Shown: positions 13,339-26,544, counted from the first letter of the stretch. The stretch is 64,000 nt of DNA from Guillardia theta CCMP2712 (GCF_000315625.1 NW_005434587.1:231336-295335), one strand, 5' to 3'. Made by a program: numbers and translations. The notes: a model not told the origin generated them from the sequence alone.

Positions 13339-14530
13339 CTACTCAGTACCTGCTGCAGTGAATCGTCGGTAGCTGCGCTCTCGCGCGTGACGCCATAGAT
13401 CTCCAGAGGAGGAGGACTTGGTCCCTGCAAGACCGATGAGGCAGAAGGAAGTAAGGCAACGAGACCTCACCGTTATCTCGTTGGTGGCAAAAGTCTGCAA
13501 AGGAGCGAGCGAGGGCTGCATGCAGAGATAGCCCGCTCCCTTCAAGCCGTGGCGAGACGGGAACTTCAGCTTCCTGCTCACCAAGATCAAGGGACATAGG
13601 AAGCAGACTCAGAGTTGACCCTCACCCCTTCTCCTCCACCACGCTGTTGCCCTTGGCAAGGGGTGGGGTAGGAGAGAAGATCCATTGCAACCTTCGCGCT
13701 GTCTCCTCCTTGTTCATGTCGCCCTGCAAGAAGCAGTCAACACACGAGAGAGACGCCTGCAGCTCCTCCTCGCCTTGATCCCAAAATCTGAAAGCGTAGG
13801 CGTGGATGTAGCTGGCTTTGACTGCACCGCCAATGTCACCAAGAGCCGTTGATCGAGAAGTACAGAATACCTGACTGCTAGATGCGGTAACTTGAGACTT
13901 GCCGTCCTGAGGAGGAAGAGGAGGCAAGAGAGAAGGATCCGTGTCCTGTAGGAAGAGATCGCGAAGGTACGTGGGGAAGTATCCAGGAACCTCCTTCTTG
14001 CTAACATATTCTTGCATCATGGAAGCATCCGCATCTACATTGTTGTTGAAATTCATGCGAAAGATGCTCCTACACATGTCTATCCCCATCATCTCCAGCC
14101 CGAAGAACAGATCCACCTCGTAGCTGCCATTCTGCCGCATCACCGTCCAGTTGCTGTTCTCGGGGTGCGGGTAGAGATGGATCCTCTCCTCATAGATCAC
14201 GCTGGATCTTCCAGTCTCGTTGACGGCGACGATCTCCAGGTCTCTTTCCTTCCACCTGAACTTCATCGTCTCCACCATGATGAACTTGTCTGCAGGGTTC
14301 ACCGTTCCCTGGAGGAGGAGGGGCACAACCTCGGAGTAGTTGTAGACAACCTTCCTCTCAACGACCGCCAGCCCTTCCTCAACAACGATCCTCTTAGCTG
14401 TGACCCTCACATCTTCTCTTTGAGGGAATCTTGAAGCCCGAGCATGCCGCCTCCACACTGCCTCTACCGTCTCCTCCCATGGCCTCGCATGCTTGTGCTC
14501 ATCTTCATCCGACGCCGTCGCTCTCCCCAT
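13339..14530 (-). CDS. PRELI/MSF1 lipid-transfer domain protein
   Basis: EHKHARPWEETVEAVWRR...VVERK...NETGRSSVIYEERIHLYPHPENSNWT...FFGLE matches the PRELI pattern. Two 3' introns lead to ...FTAAGTE* at 13339. Confidence 0.8.
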
Positions 14531-16694
14531 TCCTGCCCCTCCGAACGCCACTGCAAGGTATCCGTGAGTATCCGTGAGACATGGATTGTACGTATCCATG
14601 AGTATCCGAACGTTTAGTGGGGTACTTTTGAAATTTTCCCAATATATTTGAATTTTAAGACCAAATGTTATCTGTATAGTTCGATTCCTGTGGACGCTCC
14701 CACTCAAAAGCACCCCCTCCTCGAACTAAAATCCCTACAGTACCGGTATCGTTTAAACTAAAGGTACCCACCCTTCCATTGTTTTGAAATTTCAATACCA
14801 CCCCTACCCCCCTGACAGAATCGATCCTTTCCCCGCCTCGATGACCATGGTGAAGTTGCATGCTAGAAGCGCTTGCGAAGATGATCAGTACCCCACCGAT
14901 GCATCCATGCACATCCAGTTCTACATCATCTTCATCCTCTATCTTGATCCCAACTTTTATGCTCCTCCCCTTACTCCCTCACACGTGCTCTTCGTTCATC
15001 TCCCCCTCTCCATGCGTTTGAGCTGCGAATTTTCTCCTTCTCCCTCATAATGTCCTCTACCATCTCATCCAATGCAACAGACACGTCATTTCTCTGCTTT
15101 ATATCTGTAGAATGAATCCAACATTCCCTTGCCGCCATACTCTGAAACCTCATTCAATCATCCATCCATTCCCCTCCCATTCAAAAGCTCTATTCTGAAT
15201 GTTTTGGAGGTTCCATAATGTGTGTACCCGGTCTTCAGCTTGACCATTTTTTTGAGTGAAGAACGAACTCGATATTTGCTGATGTTTTACCCGGACAGCT
15301 TTAGCCTCATGCTCGATATTCTTGAAACAACTCAACGTGTCTCTCCCCTTCTGTTCACGGCTGCCCTTTAAATTTTAGGACCAGTGATCCTGTTATGAAA
15401 GATTTTTCAGTTTGATCCTCCCTTGTCCTTTCTGCATTTTCTTGAGGATGTGTGTCAAATTATCTGTTTCCCAGTCAATGTCAACATGTCACCAGCTCAC
15501 TCCTTCAGTACAGCCACCTGAATCAGTTGCATGCCGAACAGTTTTTGATCCCCATCAAGTTGACGTGTCTGCAGGGGAGAAGGTCATGGGCACAAGATGT
15601 GCAGAATGACATGAGAGAAAGTTCAAGGACTTGTGTTGCTCCTTCACTTCCGATACGAGCTTGCAAGCTCGTGACAGTCGCTTGCTTCTTCCTTGTATGC
15701 TTCCCCGCGCGAGTAGAGGTATGTCGCTTGCTCTAAGATCCTTGAAGATTCAGATTGAAACATCCTGCACTGCATATTTGTGGAAATTTACTCAAAACTC
15801 ATGGTTTGGCAGTTGCTTGTTCTCAAGCAAAGCAACGTGTATAAGCCCTCACTGACGATTTCGCAATTCGAAAGCAAGGTTAGTGTGACGTCTTCCATGG
15901 AGTAGCTGGTATATCAACCTGACGTTGATGTTTGCAAGTGCACGGCAGGATCTCTTGTCAAACGCGATGGTGTAGACCAGCTGCAAAGATTACGTGGCGG
16001 TGGATCTTCGGCAATCTGTTTCATGCTCTCTTGACGGAAATTGCTAGGAAACGGGGCAAAGCCAGACACAAAACACGCGATCATTGTGGGGAGTGTATGC
16101 GCCTTGATCTTGATTCTGAACGAGTTCAACGTGGTGAGTCTGAGAAGAGGATGTAAAGTAGAAAATCAGTTGGAGAGAGATACATGAACTCATTGCGAGA
16201 TTAGAGCTCGAATTGTTTCATAGTTTCTGAATCCAGTCTTTTCGCTTGATTCGTCGTCGTCAACGTGCGCCAGCTCTCTGCTATCGTTCGAGTCTCGCTC
16301 ACTTTGCTCCTCTCCCTGACGTTCCTGCTGGTCAAACTCGACTGTGGCGGTTCACATCCGATCCGACTGACCCTTTGGCAGGCGGGTATCAACAAGACAA
16401 ACCCGACATTTCACAAGCCCACGCATCTGTTCTTGGCAAACATGTGTGTTGATTTTATCGTGTCTTATTCCTTTGTTGAAATTGCCTGTCAAGGTTTCCG
16501 GACATCTGCAACAAAGTCTGGAAGCCGATATGTGAGAGATGCGAGACGTGCCCTGTCTTGTCGTTCTAAATGTCCTCGTGACTTCTAGTTGAGAAAGCCT
16601 TGACATCAACATGTCGCTTCTGCTGTAAATATTTTTCATTTCTCAAGAACACTTGTGGGCAACGCGACGATGGATCGTTCACGTATCCTCCTGC

Positions 16695-19600
16695 TCAAGG
16701 GAGCTGGGAAGCTAACGGGTTTGCCAGGTTGCCCAAGTCCATCTCTGCCATGGTTACCCCAGCCTCCTTCATGCACTCCAGTACGACCGCGGAAGCTGCT
16801 GACAAGTCTCTCAACGTGTCGCAGTTGGTCAAGTGGAGGTTTCCTGCGCCATGCTGATGCTCATCTCGCTTGCGGGCACGGGGTCGAGGGGGCATCGCGT
16901 CCCTCTCGCTGAGCTCAGTGAGTTATGAGCTCGTGGGCTGCTGGGACTGACAAGGTGGCAGGCAACGTCGTGCTCTTCTTCTTGATGGTCGGCGCTACTT
17001 ACAGTCACCTCGTGAGGAGGCCCTGGCATGTCGCGCTTGTCTCACCCTCCTCCTCCCCAGGTGCTCATGGACGGACGGTGGATTCCCTCGGCAGTGTTGG
17101 GTATGCGAGGAAGCTTCTCGTGTGAGCGCTTGTGATCGCATTGCAGGTCTCCTGCTCTTTGTGAGATTCATCACTCCCGCACCCTCGAGGAAGGGGAAGG
17201 TGCGTCGTTGTGCGCATTCAGGAGAGATCATGACGATGTTGATGTCAGTCGGGCAAGGGAAAGAAGCAGGACAAGTGAGTGAAACAGTTGCTCCAACCTA
17301 AAGGTCACCAGATACAACATGAGATAATCTACAACGAGATGAGAACCCTGGCCTTTGGATTGAGGGTCACCCGAGGCCCGCGCGGCGTGTAAGCTCTAGG
17401 AGACAGGAGCGTGCTCGAGCTGCTGCTGCGTGTCTGCATTGAGTTGCTCGTCTCCTGAACATCTCTTCAAACATGTTAATAAACAAAATGTTTCATCTCA
17501 CCTCGTTGAAGTCGCTCAAGTGCCTGGCTGCAGACTCCCTGTCTACATCAGCAGCCCAGGCCCCGGGCAAGACGTCCCCGTCAGAAGTCACGGGCCACGA
17601 GCCGTCAGAGACCGGGGGGTCCAACAGGCCCATCAGGAGCTTCTTGGAGTTGGAGAAGGCGGTGAAAGAAGAGTCTTCGTGGATAATTCGCTGCGGAGGG
17701 ACCGGAAGGATTTTCGCCTCTGCCACGTCTGCCACTTCATGTTACAAGGTCGGCTCAGGATTTTCTCTTGCTCACTCTGGTATAACCCGTTGCTCGTCGT
17801 TGCCGTCAGCCAGTTTTGAGCCTTGTCGAATCTCATCTTGTACGCTTGCAGCTCGTCCTCAAGATCCTCAATGCGGCGCAAGTAGAGCTCGCGCTGCTTC
17901 TCATGCATGTGAACACTCTCCTCCAGCTCCATCAGGCGTTTGTCTGCTGCTTGCGAAAATTTCCAAAAAGACTTGGAAGGCGAGACAGTAGCAAACACAG
18001 GGAGCAGATGCCTGGGAGTGGAATGAGTCACGGGAGCTTCGTTCTGCAGGAAAGTTAATAGATGCAGTCATGTCGTCGTCGTGACCTCGTCGACTTCTAT
18101 CGAATGGATGGTCTCCGTGAAGTGATCAGTGTCATCGAAGCAACTCTCAACCTGCTCATGATCAGGCAGCGACCGGCCTAGTGACCTTCTTGCACCTGCA
18201 CACCCACGTGCTTCTGCCCGACGGACATTCTGGGACGACGATGAGCCAGCATGTCAGCTGCCAACTAAATCAGCTTGTCTGGTCTTGGAATAACCAGCTC
18301 CAACCTGGAGCAGGAGCCATGGCAGAGCGAGAGTCACTCTTGGTCAGAGCTGGCAACTGCGACTTCTCTCCCTGTTGCTCATGTTGAGGTTTGAATTCTG
18401 AAGTTTGTTGTTCTCCATTACGCACAGTCTTCAACAATCTGATCGCTACATGAGACGAGGAGAGAGAGCAAGGCCCGGCTGTCATGATACACCTGAAAAT
18501 CTCGTCCAAGATCTCGATAGGCGCGGCGTCTGCACCGCAGTAAAGAATCTTCTGCAAGCGGTGAAGTCGGTCAAAGACAACCTGCAAGAACCGTCAGTCC
18601 AATGTAACTCCCCGACTCTTCTCACCTCGAGCGCGCGATGCCGTTGGTTCTCGTCGTCATTCGTTGCAGCATGGCTGCTGGGCACTTGTAACGCCGGGGA
18701 GTGCTCGCCCAACACAGGAGCAGAGTGAGCGTTGGGCTTGTCATCATCCATCAGAGCCATTCGTCAGAATGCCTTATGAAGCTCTTACGAGCATCCAGAA
18801 TGATCTCACTCTTGCTCCGTTCGTTCGCTGGCAAGCAACGTTAGCAGGCAAGATGGATGTGCTTGCTTGCAAGAAAGGCAAACGAGTCCGACTAGTCAGA
18901 TCTCTTCAAAAGTGTAAGTAGGAATCGATGAAAAACATGCGTTGGGACTGTCGAGAGCGATGGTGCAGCTTTGAAGGAAATCCAAAACAGAAATAGGAGA
19001 GGTATTAGAGAATATTCTAGTGTGCATGCGAGGACAAAATTGTACTGTACATGAGAGGAAGCAACCTGACAAGTTTGGGAAGGGGGAAGGGATGAGAGGT
19101 ATGGTGTATAGCGGAGAAGAAAAGAGAGAGTGCAAATCTGGCTGCCAGTTCCGGGTAATCAAAGCAGAAAACTGAAGAAAGGTCATGAAAGGCCTGGAAG
19201 AAACTCAAAGTTGGCAAGGGAGCTGAAGATTCGAGCACATGCACATGACAGGGTGAGAAGAAGGAACTTGAGTCGAGAGTTGGGAGAACGTGAGGAGGGA
19301 GGCAGCATCCCGGGCTGCGACAACAACAGCATGGCTACTCCTCCAATGGCGGGCCAGTGAGAAAGTGATAGTAACTTTTGGGTAAGGGCTCAGTAGGGAC
19401 AAGTCACGTGGCCCACGGTAGTTCGGAAGCCCCGAAGGCATTAAAACAGGTTGAAGGCAAAGAGAGCATATTTTCAAATTTCCATACTAAGTAAATAATC
19501 ATCTCCCTTCACCTTCAACCTCCTTGATACCACTCGGGACCCGATCTCGATGACCCCTACGTACCCCAGGAAGTATCAAGACATTACATGTGACTAGAGG

Positions 19601-20524
19601 TGAAGAAACTATATGAGATGCCACGAGGAGTGAGATGCGGCAAAACCGGAGAGGAGAGGAGGGGAGAGGAGAGGAGGGGAGAGGAGAGGAGAAGAGAGGA
19701 GAGAAGAGGAGAGGAGAGGAGAGGAGAGGAGGGGGGAGGAGACTCTGAGAGGAGACGAGAGGAGACTCTGAGAGGAGATAGAGGAGAGGAGAGGCAAGAG
19801 GAGATAGAGGAGAGGAGAGGAGACGACTGAGCGAGAGGAGATGAGAGGAGAGGAGGGGAGACGAGACGAGACGAGACGAGACGAGAGGAGAGGAGAGGAG
19901 AGGAGACTCCCAAGAGAGAAGGGAAGGGGAGAGGAGAGGAGAGGAGATAGAGGAGAGGAGAGGAGATAGAGGAGAGGAGAGGACAGGACTGAGCGAGGGG
20001 AGGGGAGGGAGACCAGAGGAGGCGACTGAGCGAGGGGAGGTGAGAAGAGGGGACACGAGACGAGACCCCGAAACGCGTACTGCCAAGAGAAAGGAGGGAC
20101 GGGAGAGGAGGGGGGTGGGAGANNNNNNNNNNNNNNNNNNNNNNNNNNNNNNNNNNNNNNNNNNNNNNNNNNNNNNNNNNNNNNNNNNNNNNNNNNNNNN
20201 NNNNNNNNNNNNNNNNNNNNNNCTAATAACGGGAAAATCAGCGTTGAAAAATGTTGTGGGAGGAGAGGAGAGGAGAGGAGGGGAGAGGAGGGGAGAGGAG
20301 GGGAGAGGAGAGGAGAGGAGAGGAGAGGAGGTTTTCAATGGGCAGGAGGGAAGGAGGGAAGAGGAGGAGAGTGTCGGAGGAGGAGAATCCAGGGGGAGAG
20401 AAGAAGCGAGTGAGACTATAAGTGTGGGGACAGGGAGGGAAAAACAGACGATGCATGCAATCAGACTTGACTCCACCTCATGAGTAGATGCATGCGATGA
20501 AGACAAGACTTGCAACATTTTCAT
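16695..20524 (-). CDS. Multi-exon hypothetical protein with coiled-coil segment (5' end uncertain, spans assembly gap)
   Basis: Spliceable exons VVFDRLHRLQKILYCGADAAPIEILDEIFR (~18490-18580) and KRLMELEESVHMHEKQRELYLRRIEDLEDELQAYKMR (~17830-17945). Last exon ...GNLANPLASQLP* at 16695. Confidence 0.4.
19648..20330 (+). repeat. (GAGGA)n/(GACGA)n polypurine tract containing a 100-N assembly gap (20123-20222)
   Basis: Direct reading. Confidence 0.95.
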
Positions 20525-20722
20525 AGCGCCTTGTTTTAAAGAATCATCAGAGAAATGGGCACAATATGCTGATGGATTGCGAGAGGCTACAAACCCATTC
20601 TGATACAAGAAAGAAACGATTCATGACTACTCAGTGTGCATTCCGGCTGTACAAGTTATAGAGAAACATTTCCTCTTTCGAGAATGATCTTTTTGGCACG
20701 TGGGGCTCCGATTCACTCTTCA

Positions 20723-21936
20723 CTACTTCTTCTGCGGAGGTTGTGCAGGGGCGAGGATGCGTTCGAGCTCTTGCTTCGTCTGAACGTTTGTTTTCTTCAA
20801 AGATTGCACTTCCTCCTGATGTTTCTTCTCTTCCAACTGCAATGATCTCACTCGTTACTTCACTTGTGAACAGATCGCGCAAACTCTCGTACCGCTCTTC
20901 TTTCAGCTTCCTTCTTCTCTGTTGAATCGCACTTGGTCTGTCGAATGAGACAAAAGCTCAACACTAAACCGAGGGGTTGTTTGACGACAGCAGAGATTTC
21001 ATTATCGTACCTTCAATTCCTCAATCTGACGATTGAGATCTGTTGTTTCACCTTCAAGCTGTACAATCTTGTTCTTCATTTCCACCTTGTACTGTTCGGC
21101 AAGGAGCGCTTTCCGCATTCCAAATGCAATACTTGGAGCCATGAGCGTCAGCTCAAAATGACTGAAAGGACTAGAAATCACCAGCTCTCGTAAAGCGTTT
21201 GATATGCTGCAATCGTCATGCGAATCTCATCTCGAACTCGCAACAGAAGAAGCCCTCGCTCAGCGCAGTTAATGGTAACCTGATGAATTAGTCGGTTACA
21301 GCTGACGTGACAGGTTCTGCATGATAACACCTGACGGATGATCTCGTCGAACGCTTGCACATAGAGCTCTTCTCGAACAGGACATATCCCAGTCTCTCTC
21401 GCTTGCCTTTGTTGCAATTTTCGGTCGAGGTCCTCCTACTTCACGGTTCAGAACCATGTTTATGTTTCTGTCATGGGGCAAAGAATTGCTCAGAGAGCAC
21501 AACGGATACCTGCAGATTGATGACATCAAGCCTCGTTGCTGGTGTGCTTGAAACATATTGAACCCATAGCTGTCCATCCTCCGTCCATTCTCTACAAACA
21601 TTCCAAGGCTTACATACAGTCTCACACAAATCATGTCTCAAATCACCCTCTGTAATCGCATCACTAACAGGCACACAGAGACACTGACAGTGTTCGCAAT
21701 GTACATTTTGCACTTCAAACTGCAGCACGAGAGAACCTGGGTGGAAGAATAGAATTGAGAATGTCCTCCGTTTTACTGGATGCATCAGCCGAGCCGTTGC
21801 TCGCGGGCTGGTTCTTAGGAGGGGAGGAGGCAGTGGGGGCAGCAGCAGGCTTGGCGGTCTTGGCGGTCTTGGCTTTCGCTGTGGCGATAAGGACGGGCGA
21901 GTCGAACGCGACGAGCGAAGCCGAAGGAGGCAGCAT
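20723..21936 (-). CDS. DNALI1: Axonemal inner-arm dynein light chain p28
   Basis: Seven-exon model: TEDILNSILPPR|EWTEDGQLWVQYVSSTPATRLDVINLQ|EDLDRKLQQRQARETGICPVREELY...|VTINCAERGLLLLRVRDEIRMTIAAYQTLYES|SIAFGMRKAL..., the highly conserved p28 signature. TAG at 20723-20725. Confidence 0.95.
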
Positions 21937-22114
21937 GGCGAGCGGCGCCGGCTGAGCGGTTGAAAGGCAGATTGAAAGGTGGGGTTGAAAACCATAGGGG
22001 GTGGGTTATCATCTCACTTCTGGGTGGGTACAAGTATCTACTTTGACCGGGTCCGCACACATTCGAGGGGAGTCGGGGGGTACTGTAGTAGGGCACTAGA
22101 GGGGTAAGTAATAG

Positions 22115-22325
22115 TAAGTCTTTACTCAACGCTTTGAGTGATTATTTATCAGACTGAACCGTTTGAGTAAAGGTCAGGGTCAAGAACCTTTCTTTACTCA
22201 AGAACCCGGTTACTGCCAGGCTGGAACCGTAACGGGTGACTTCGGAATGTCCGATCGGACAGTTCTCAGTACTCACCCGGGCCGGGCCGGGCCCCGGCGG
22301 CCGCCGGGGCGGCGCCGTGTCATGA
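22115..22325. promoter_or_regulatory. Palindrome island upstream of DNALI1
   Basis: 20-bp perfect palindrome 22291-22310, 14-bp palindrome 22248-22261, inverted CTTTACTCAA pair at 22120-22129 and 22163-22172. Confidence 0.5.
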
Positions 22326-22559
22326 ACTGAGACCTGGCCCGGGGATGAGCCTGGGGGTAGCTGGGTTCTCTCTGTCTTTCCGAAAGCCTAGCCTGCACCC
22401 GGTTGTTTCAGGCCCGATGACGGTCCGTCGCGATTCATAAAAATACAAGTTTACAGGAGAAGAATGTATTCTAGTCCGGCCGGGCAGTATGGCAGGCTCG
22501 GTCATTACACTGTCCTCGTTGTGTACGATCTACTGCCCAGGATTATGAAGTCAAGAGTA

Positions 22560-23435
22560 GCGCTTTTAGGGCAGCAGGTTCATAGAAAAGCAAACCCTGC
22601 AAAAAGTTTGACTAGAAGAACTTGAAGAGTCGACAGTAAAACGTACCTGACAATAAGATTCGTCCATACTCTCGAAGTTGTATGAAGCGATCTTTTCTCT
22701 CTCAGCTTCATTGTTGGCCAGGTCGCGAACTGTGATATTGGATGTCGGCAACAGGTTTGGCTGCATGTATGGAATCCAAAGGGGATCAGAGTTATGTCTT
22801 TGGACAGGCCCAAGAGCTATGTCGAGTTCTCTGTCCAGGTCTGTCCGATCTGGCTGGCTTTGCGTCCGCATCAAGTTCACACCCACCAAACTTCCTGTCT
22901 GAGACGCCTTGGAGGCTTGTGCAATGATGTCCAAGGTTGAAACCCCGCCTTGCCTCTTGAAAGAGAAGGTGCTGTTGTAATGCAGGCAGGCATTGCAGAC
23001 ACGCACGTATCGGGCAGGGCCACTCTCTCCGTTGGAAGGAAGCATCAGCCTCTGCCAGGGTAAAAAGTCAAAATTCATTCCGCCAGGATTAAAATCAGTA
23101 TTTACCGTTCCACCTGAGCATGTCGAGCAAACAATTCTCCCACAAGACCGGCAGTGATGCTTAATTCCTGTAGACCATCTCCCAAACTTCCTCCCGCACG
23201 TTAAGATTGAGCAGGTGTCTGCCTCACTGTTTGGTTGCCAAAGGTTTCTAGAAATTTGACGACCGATTGAGCAGTATAGCTGACTGTCAGAAGATGGTGA
23301 GCATGCCAACAGGAAATCTCTCTCAGTGTCTAATGAATGACCAGCTATCCTCCCATCAAATGTCAGGTATCGGGCAGTCTCGGATGAAACGCTGGAGGTA
23401 GAGGAGCTTGAGAGGGGGCTGCCTGTAGACGACAT
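22560..23435 (-). CDS. FYVE zinc-finger protein
   Basis: WQPNSEADTCSILTCGRKF...IKHHCRSCGRIVCSTCS...RVCNAC, with 8 Cys ligands. Probable in-frame 54-nt intron at ~23051-23104. 3' end uncertain. Confidence 0.85.
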
Positions 23436-24463
23436 TCTTGCTCAGGGGGGCAGCGGGTCGATCAGAAGTCGACAAAACTGTCTTCTTTGATGTGGCAGGG
23501 GCTTTTTGGTAGCTAGGACCGGTTTTTGATCTATTGATAAGAAGGGGCCGAAGATGGCGGATGGCAAGAGGGGACGAACACGAGCAAAGATACAAACTGG
23601 AGGAAGCAACACAGAAGGGCTAGGGGCCGTCCAAATCTCCTCAAATATCAACAAGGTGGAAGTGGATCAGGGTGAACGAGTAAATCTTTGTCAATTGCCA
23701 AAGAGAATTAAGCAGATATGATGGAAATCGCTGATAGTGATGATCTTGAAAGGAAATTCGTCGATTTACCGTCCCTTAGAGTATGAAGGAACAATGAATG
23801 AAAAAAATGGAGGAACTCTGAGCAGGAAATCAGATGTGCAAGAGAAAAGAAGTATGAAGAAGAGGAGGAATGGGGCGGAGAGGGGGCTGGCAGAGGAGGA
23901 GAGACAAGAGAAGGGGGACAGGAGAAGGGGGCAAGGGGGGCAACACAGAGGAAACAGTTGAGGGAGGGACGGAAAGTATGGGAGGCGGATGGTAGGGTGG
24001 GTGGAGTAAGGTACCCTACCTGATCTGTATTCGCTACCGCTAAATTCCTAAGAAGTCGGTGCAAACGGGGGTAGGGTGATGACAACTGGCGATATCCAAG
24101 GGGGTGGGATATCGGGGGTCCTTGACAGAACGTTGCGATCTGGAGCAGGAGATACTGAGAGATTGCGAAAAAATCAGGATTTTTGTGTCAGACTACCGGT
24201 GCATCGAAGGAGTGAATTGGAACCATGAGGGTAGGGAGGCGGTTGAGATCGGCGCAAAAGACGCGATTTCATGTCAGAGACAAAAAGCGCCGGAGGGAAC
24301 TTGACTGGTCTGGTCCTACGCGCATTTAAGTGAAAGTATCAGTTAACTTTTGGGGACAGCAATAGGCAGGATGAGGTTTGATTTTGTGAGTCTCTCTGTC
24401 CAATAGGAATATTTCTTTACTCAATCAAGTTAAGTTAAATCAGAACGAGGACAATGGCTCAGC

Positions 24464-25449
24464 TATGATCACTCTTGAAGCTGCCGCGCCAGCATGTCGA
24501 ATGGCGGCAAGAATCGCTATCCTCTGGCTCCTCGTCTTTTCAAGGGCCGACGGGTTTGTCATTCTCCAGTCCCTGTTGGCTCTGCGTGTACCAGGCGGCA
24601 GTGTGCGACCGCGACTCCCCGTGCATGTTCGTATGAGCGTGACAGCAGACTGGGGCTTGAAGGCAACGCAGACTCGAGGCAATTCGACTGTTTCAACGAC
24701 ATATCATCCAAGAGTTCTTTGAATCCATGGCATACAGCAGGTGCGCCGACATCGGCTTCATTCGACGCGAGAATCTGAGGCTGGACGAGGACTGCGTCCA
24801 GGAGCTCGAGGTCAGCGGCACCCGAAAGAACAGCCGGGTACTTCACGGCTTTCAGGAAGCTGGTAAACGAAGTTTTACTTGAGTACCGGGGAAGGCAAAC
24901 CGTGGGGAGTGGACGAGGAAGTTGGGTAGCGATGACAAGGAAGTAGCAATTGACCAGAACTTTCAAGCCGACATGTTGAAGTTTAACGATAAGGTTGACC
25001 TTGTCTCGGTCTTCAAAGATGTTATAGACAAACCAGAGGACGATGTTAGGTTGGTCGGGAAAGGGGCGGCTTGTTTCGAGGACGTTGTTGTCAAGAAGGG
25101 ACAATATGTGTACTTTGAAATAACCGAAACTCCACAAAAAGTAATTGAAAAGCTGTACCAGCTGATTCTGATTGGGCATGTACTGAAGAAGGAGGCAGAG
25201 ATTGCAGCGATGGGTATAATTGTGAATGGGAACCGGAAAAACTTCGAGAAGGCTAGTTGGTGCTTGACAGAGTTCTTGACCCGGGCATCAGAACTGTGAC
25301 GCAACTTGACGATCATGGATACCGGAAAGATTTCTTTCTTCTTCAACAGAAACGTATTGAGTTCGATCGCAGAAATCAACAACGAAATGACACAATTCAA
25401 GGATGATATGAAAGCTAAGTTGCAGTCGACGAGAAGTATGATCCGATGA
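24464..25449 (+). pseudogene. Presequence-bearing gene with broken reading frame (pseudogene, or spliced in a way not resolved here)
   Basis: MAARIAILWLLVFSRADG-F looks like a signal/transit start. The frame is lost around 24660-24920. ORF 24922-25299 follows, then an in-frame TGA (25297-25299), then 50 more open codons to 25449. Confidence 0.35.
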
Positions 25450-25544
25450 CTGAAGTCAACGAGAGCATGACTGCCACTGACTGAGACGGTTTTTTCTCTT
25501 AGTAAAACCGATTCTACTCGAGCAAAACAAGACAAAAGCTGCGA

Positions 25545-25772
25545 TTAACTTAAACTTCTCTGCCACAGATGCGGCCGCGATGCTCCGACTCATCACGGTG
25601 ACCGCCGCTGGCACTCAGCCGCGGCGGTGATCGGATAGCACCGGGCCGCGGCCCGGGACTCAGGGCCAGGCCCGGGCCCGGTCGAGTCAGGTGACTGAGG
25701 CCGAACTTCGTGACTTGACCGGGCCCGGCCCGGACTAGGCTCAGTCCGGTACTCATTTAACCCCTACCCCCC
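25545..25772. promoter_or_regulatory. Palindrome island upstream of MRPL21
   Basis: 16-bp palindrome CCGGGCCGCGGCCCGG at 25641-25656, repeated CCGGGCCCGG, then CCCCTACCCC at 25761-25770, ~60 nt before the ATG. Confidence 0.5.
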
Positions 25773-25828
25773 AAGGAAGTATGACCCCCCTTCACCCTTC
25801 ACCCGTCTCTTCCTCGAGCCTCGGCACC

Positions 25829-26544
25829 ATGCTCGCCTTGAGGCGGCTGCCGGCTTTGCGACAACTTGCGCCGATCCAGACAGCGATCAGCTCCTGCTCC
25901 TGCTCCTCCTACCTTCCACTCTCCTTCTCTCAGAATGCTCCGTTCTTTGCTTCGCTCACGCGCTCCATGACGCGTCTTCCATCAATGCCGCTGAGCAGCA
26001 AGGTGAACAACGCGCTGCCATTTGTGCATGGTTTCAAGTCCGCTTCGTCTATTGCTCCTGCCATGGTGCCTAATTTTCCTCTCGCTCGCGATCTTTCGTC
26101 TGCTGCTGCGAGTCAAGTCCCCGCTTCGGATGAAGATGGAACTGCACCTATCGCGCAGCCAGTGGCACGATGTTTCGCCATCGTTGAGATTCTGGGGAAG
26201 CAGTACAAGGTAACTGAGGGGGACAGAATTACAACAGAGAGTATGATTGAGAAGATTCCAGGTAAGGACGAGAATTTCCTTACATTTTTGAAAAAGCGAA
26301 TGAACTTTCTTGCGCAGGGGATGAGATCACGTTCGACAAAGTCCTCATGTTAGGAAGCAAAGAGAAGACGCTGCTCGGGCAGCCTTATCTGGCGGATGCT
26401 TCCGTCAAGGTGATTGTCGAGCAGCAGACTTTGGCGCCAAAGGTTTACATCTTCAAGATGAAACGCAGAAAGAACATGAAGAGGATGAAGGGATTCAGGG
26501 CCTCTGTCACTTCCTGCAGGGTTGTGCAGATCAATGGCATGTAA
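25829..26544 (+). CDS. MRPL21: Mitochondrial ribosomal protein bL21m
   Basis: Arg/Ser/Leu-rich presequence MLALRRLPALRQL. FAIVEILGKQYKVTEGD...|GDEITFDKVLMLGSKEKTLLGQPYL...KVYIFKMKRRKNMKRMKGFR. One 56-nt intron, 26262-26317. Confidence 0.92.

Noticed and set aside
15400-16650. Several 60-107 aa ORFs on both strands
   Set aside because: No consistent spliced model or domain could be built; left unannotated.
19499-20608. Long ORFs of SSPLL / ERRGE repeats (also 4025-4373, 54866-55594, 62132-62895)
   Set aside because: Translations of stop-free microsatellites, some running through N gaps.
20631-20882. 83-aa ORF MRDLFTSEV...
   Set aside because: Alternative frame over the last intron and exon of DNALI1.
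24559-25535. Minus-strand ORFs of 206 and 190 aa
   Set aside because: Antisense shadows of the plus-strand coding-like sequence; no motifs of their own.
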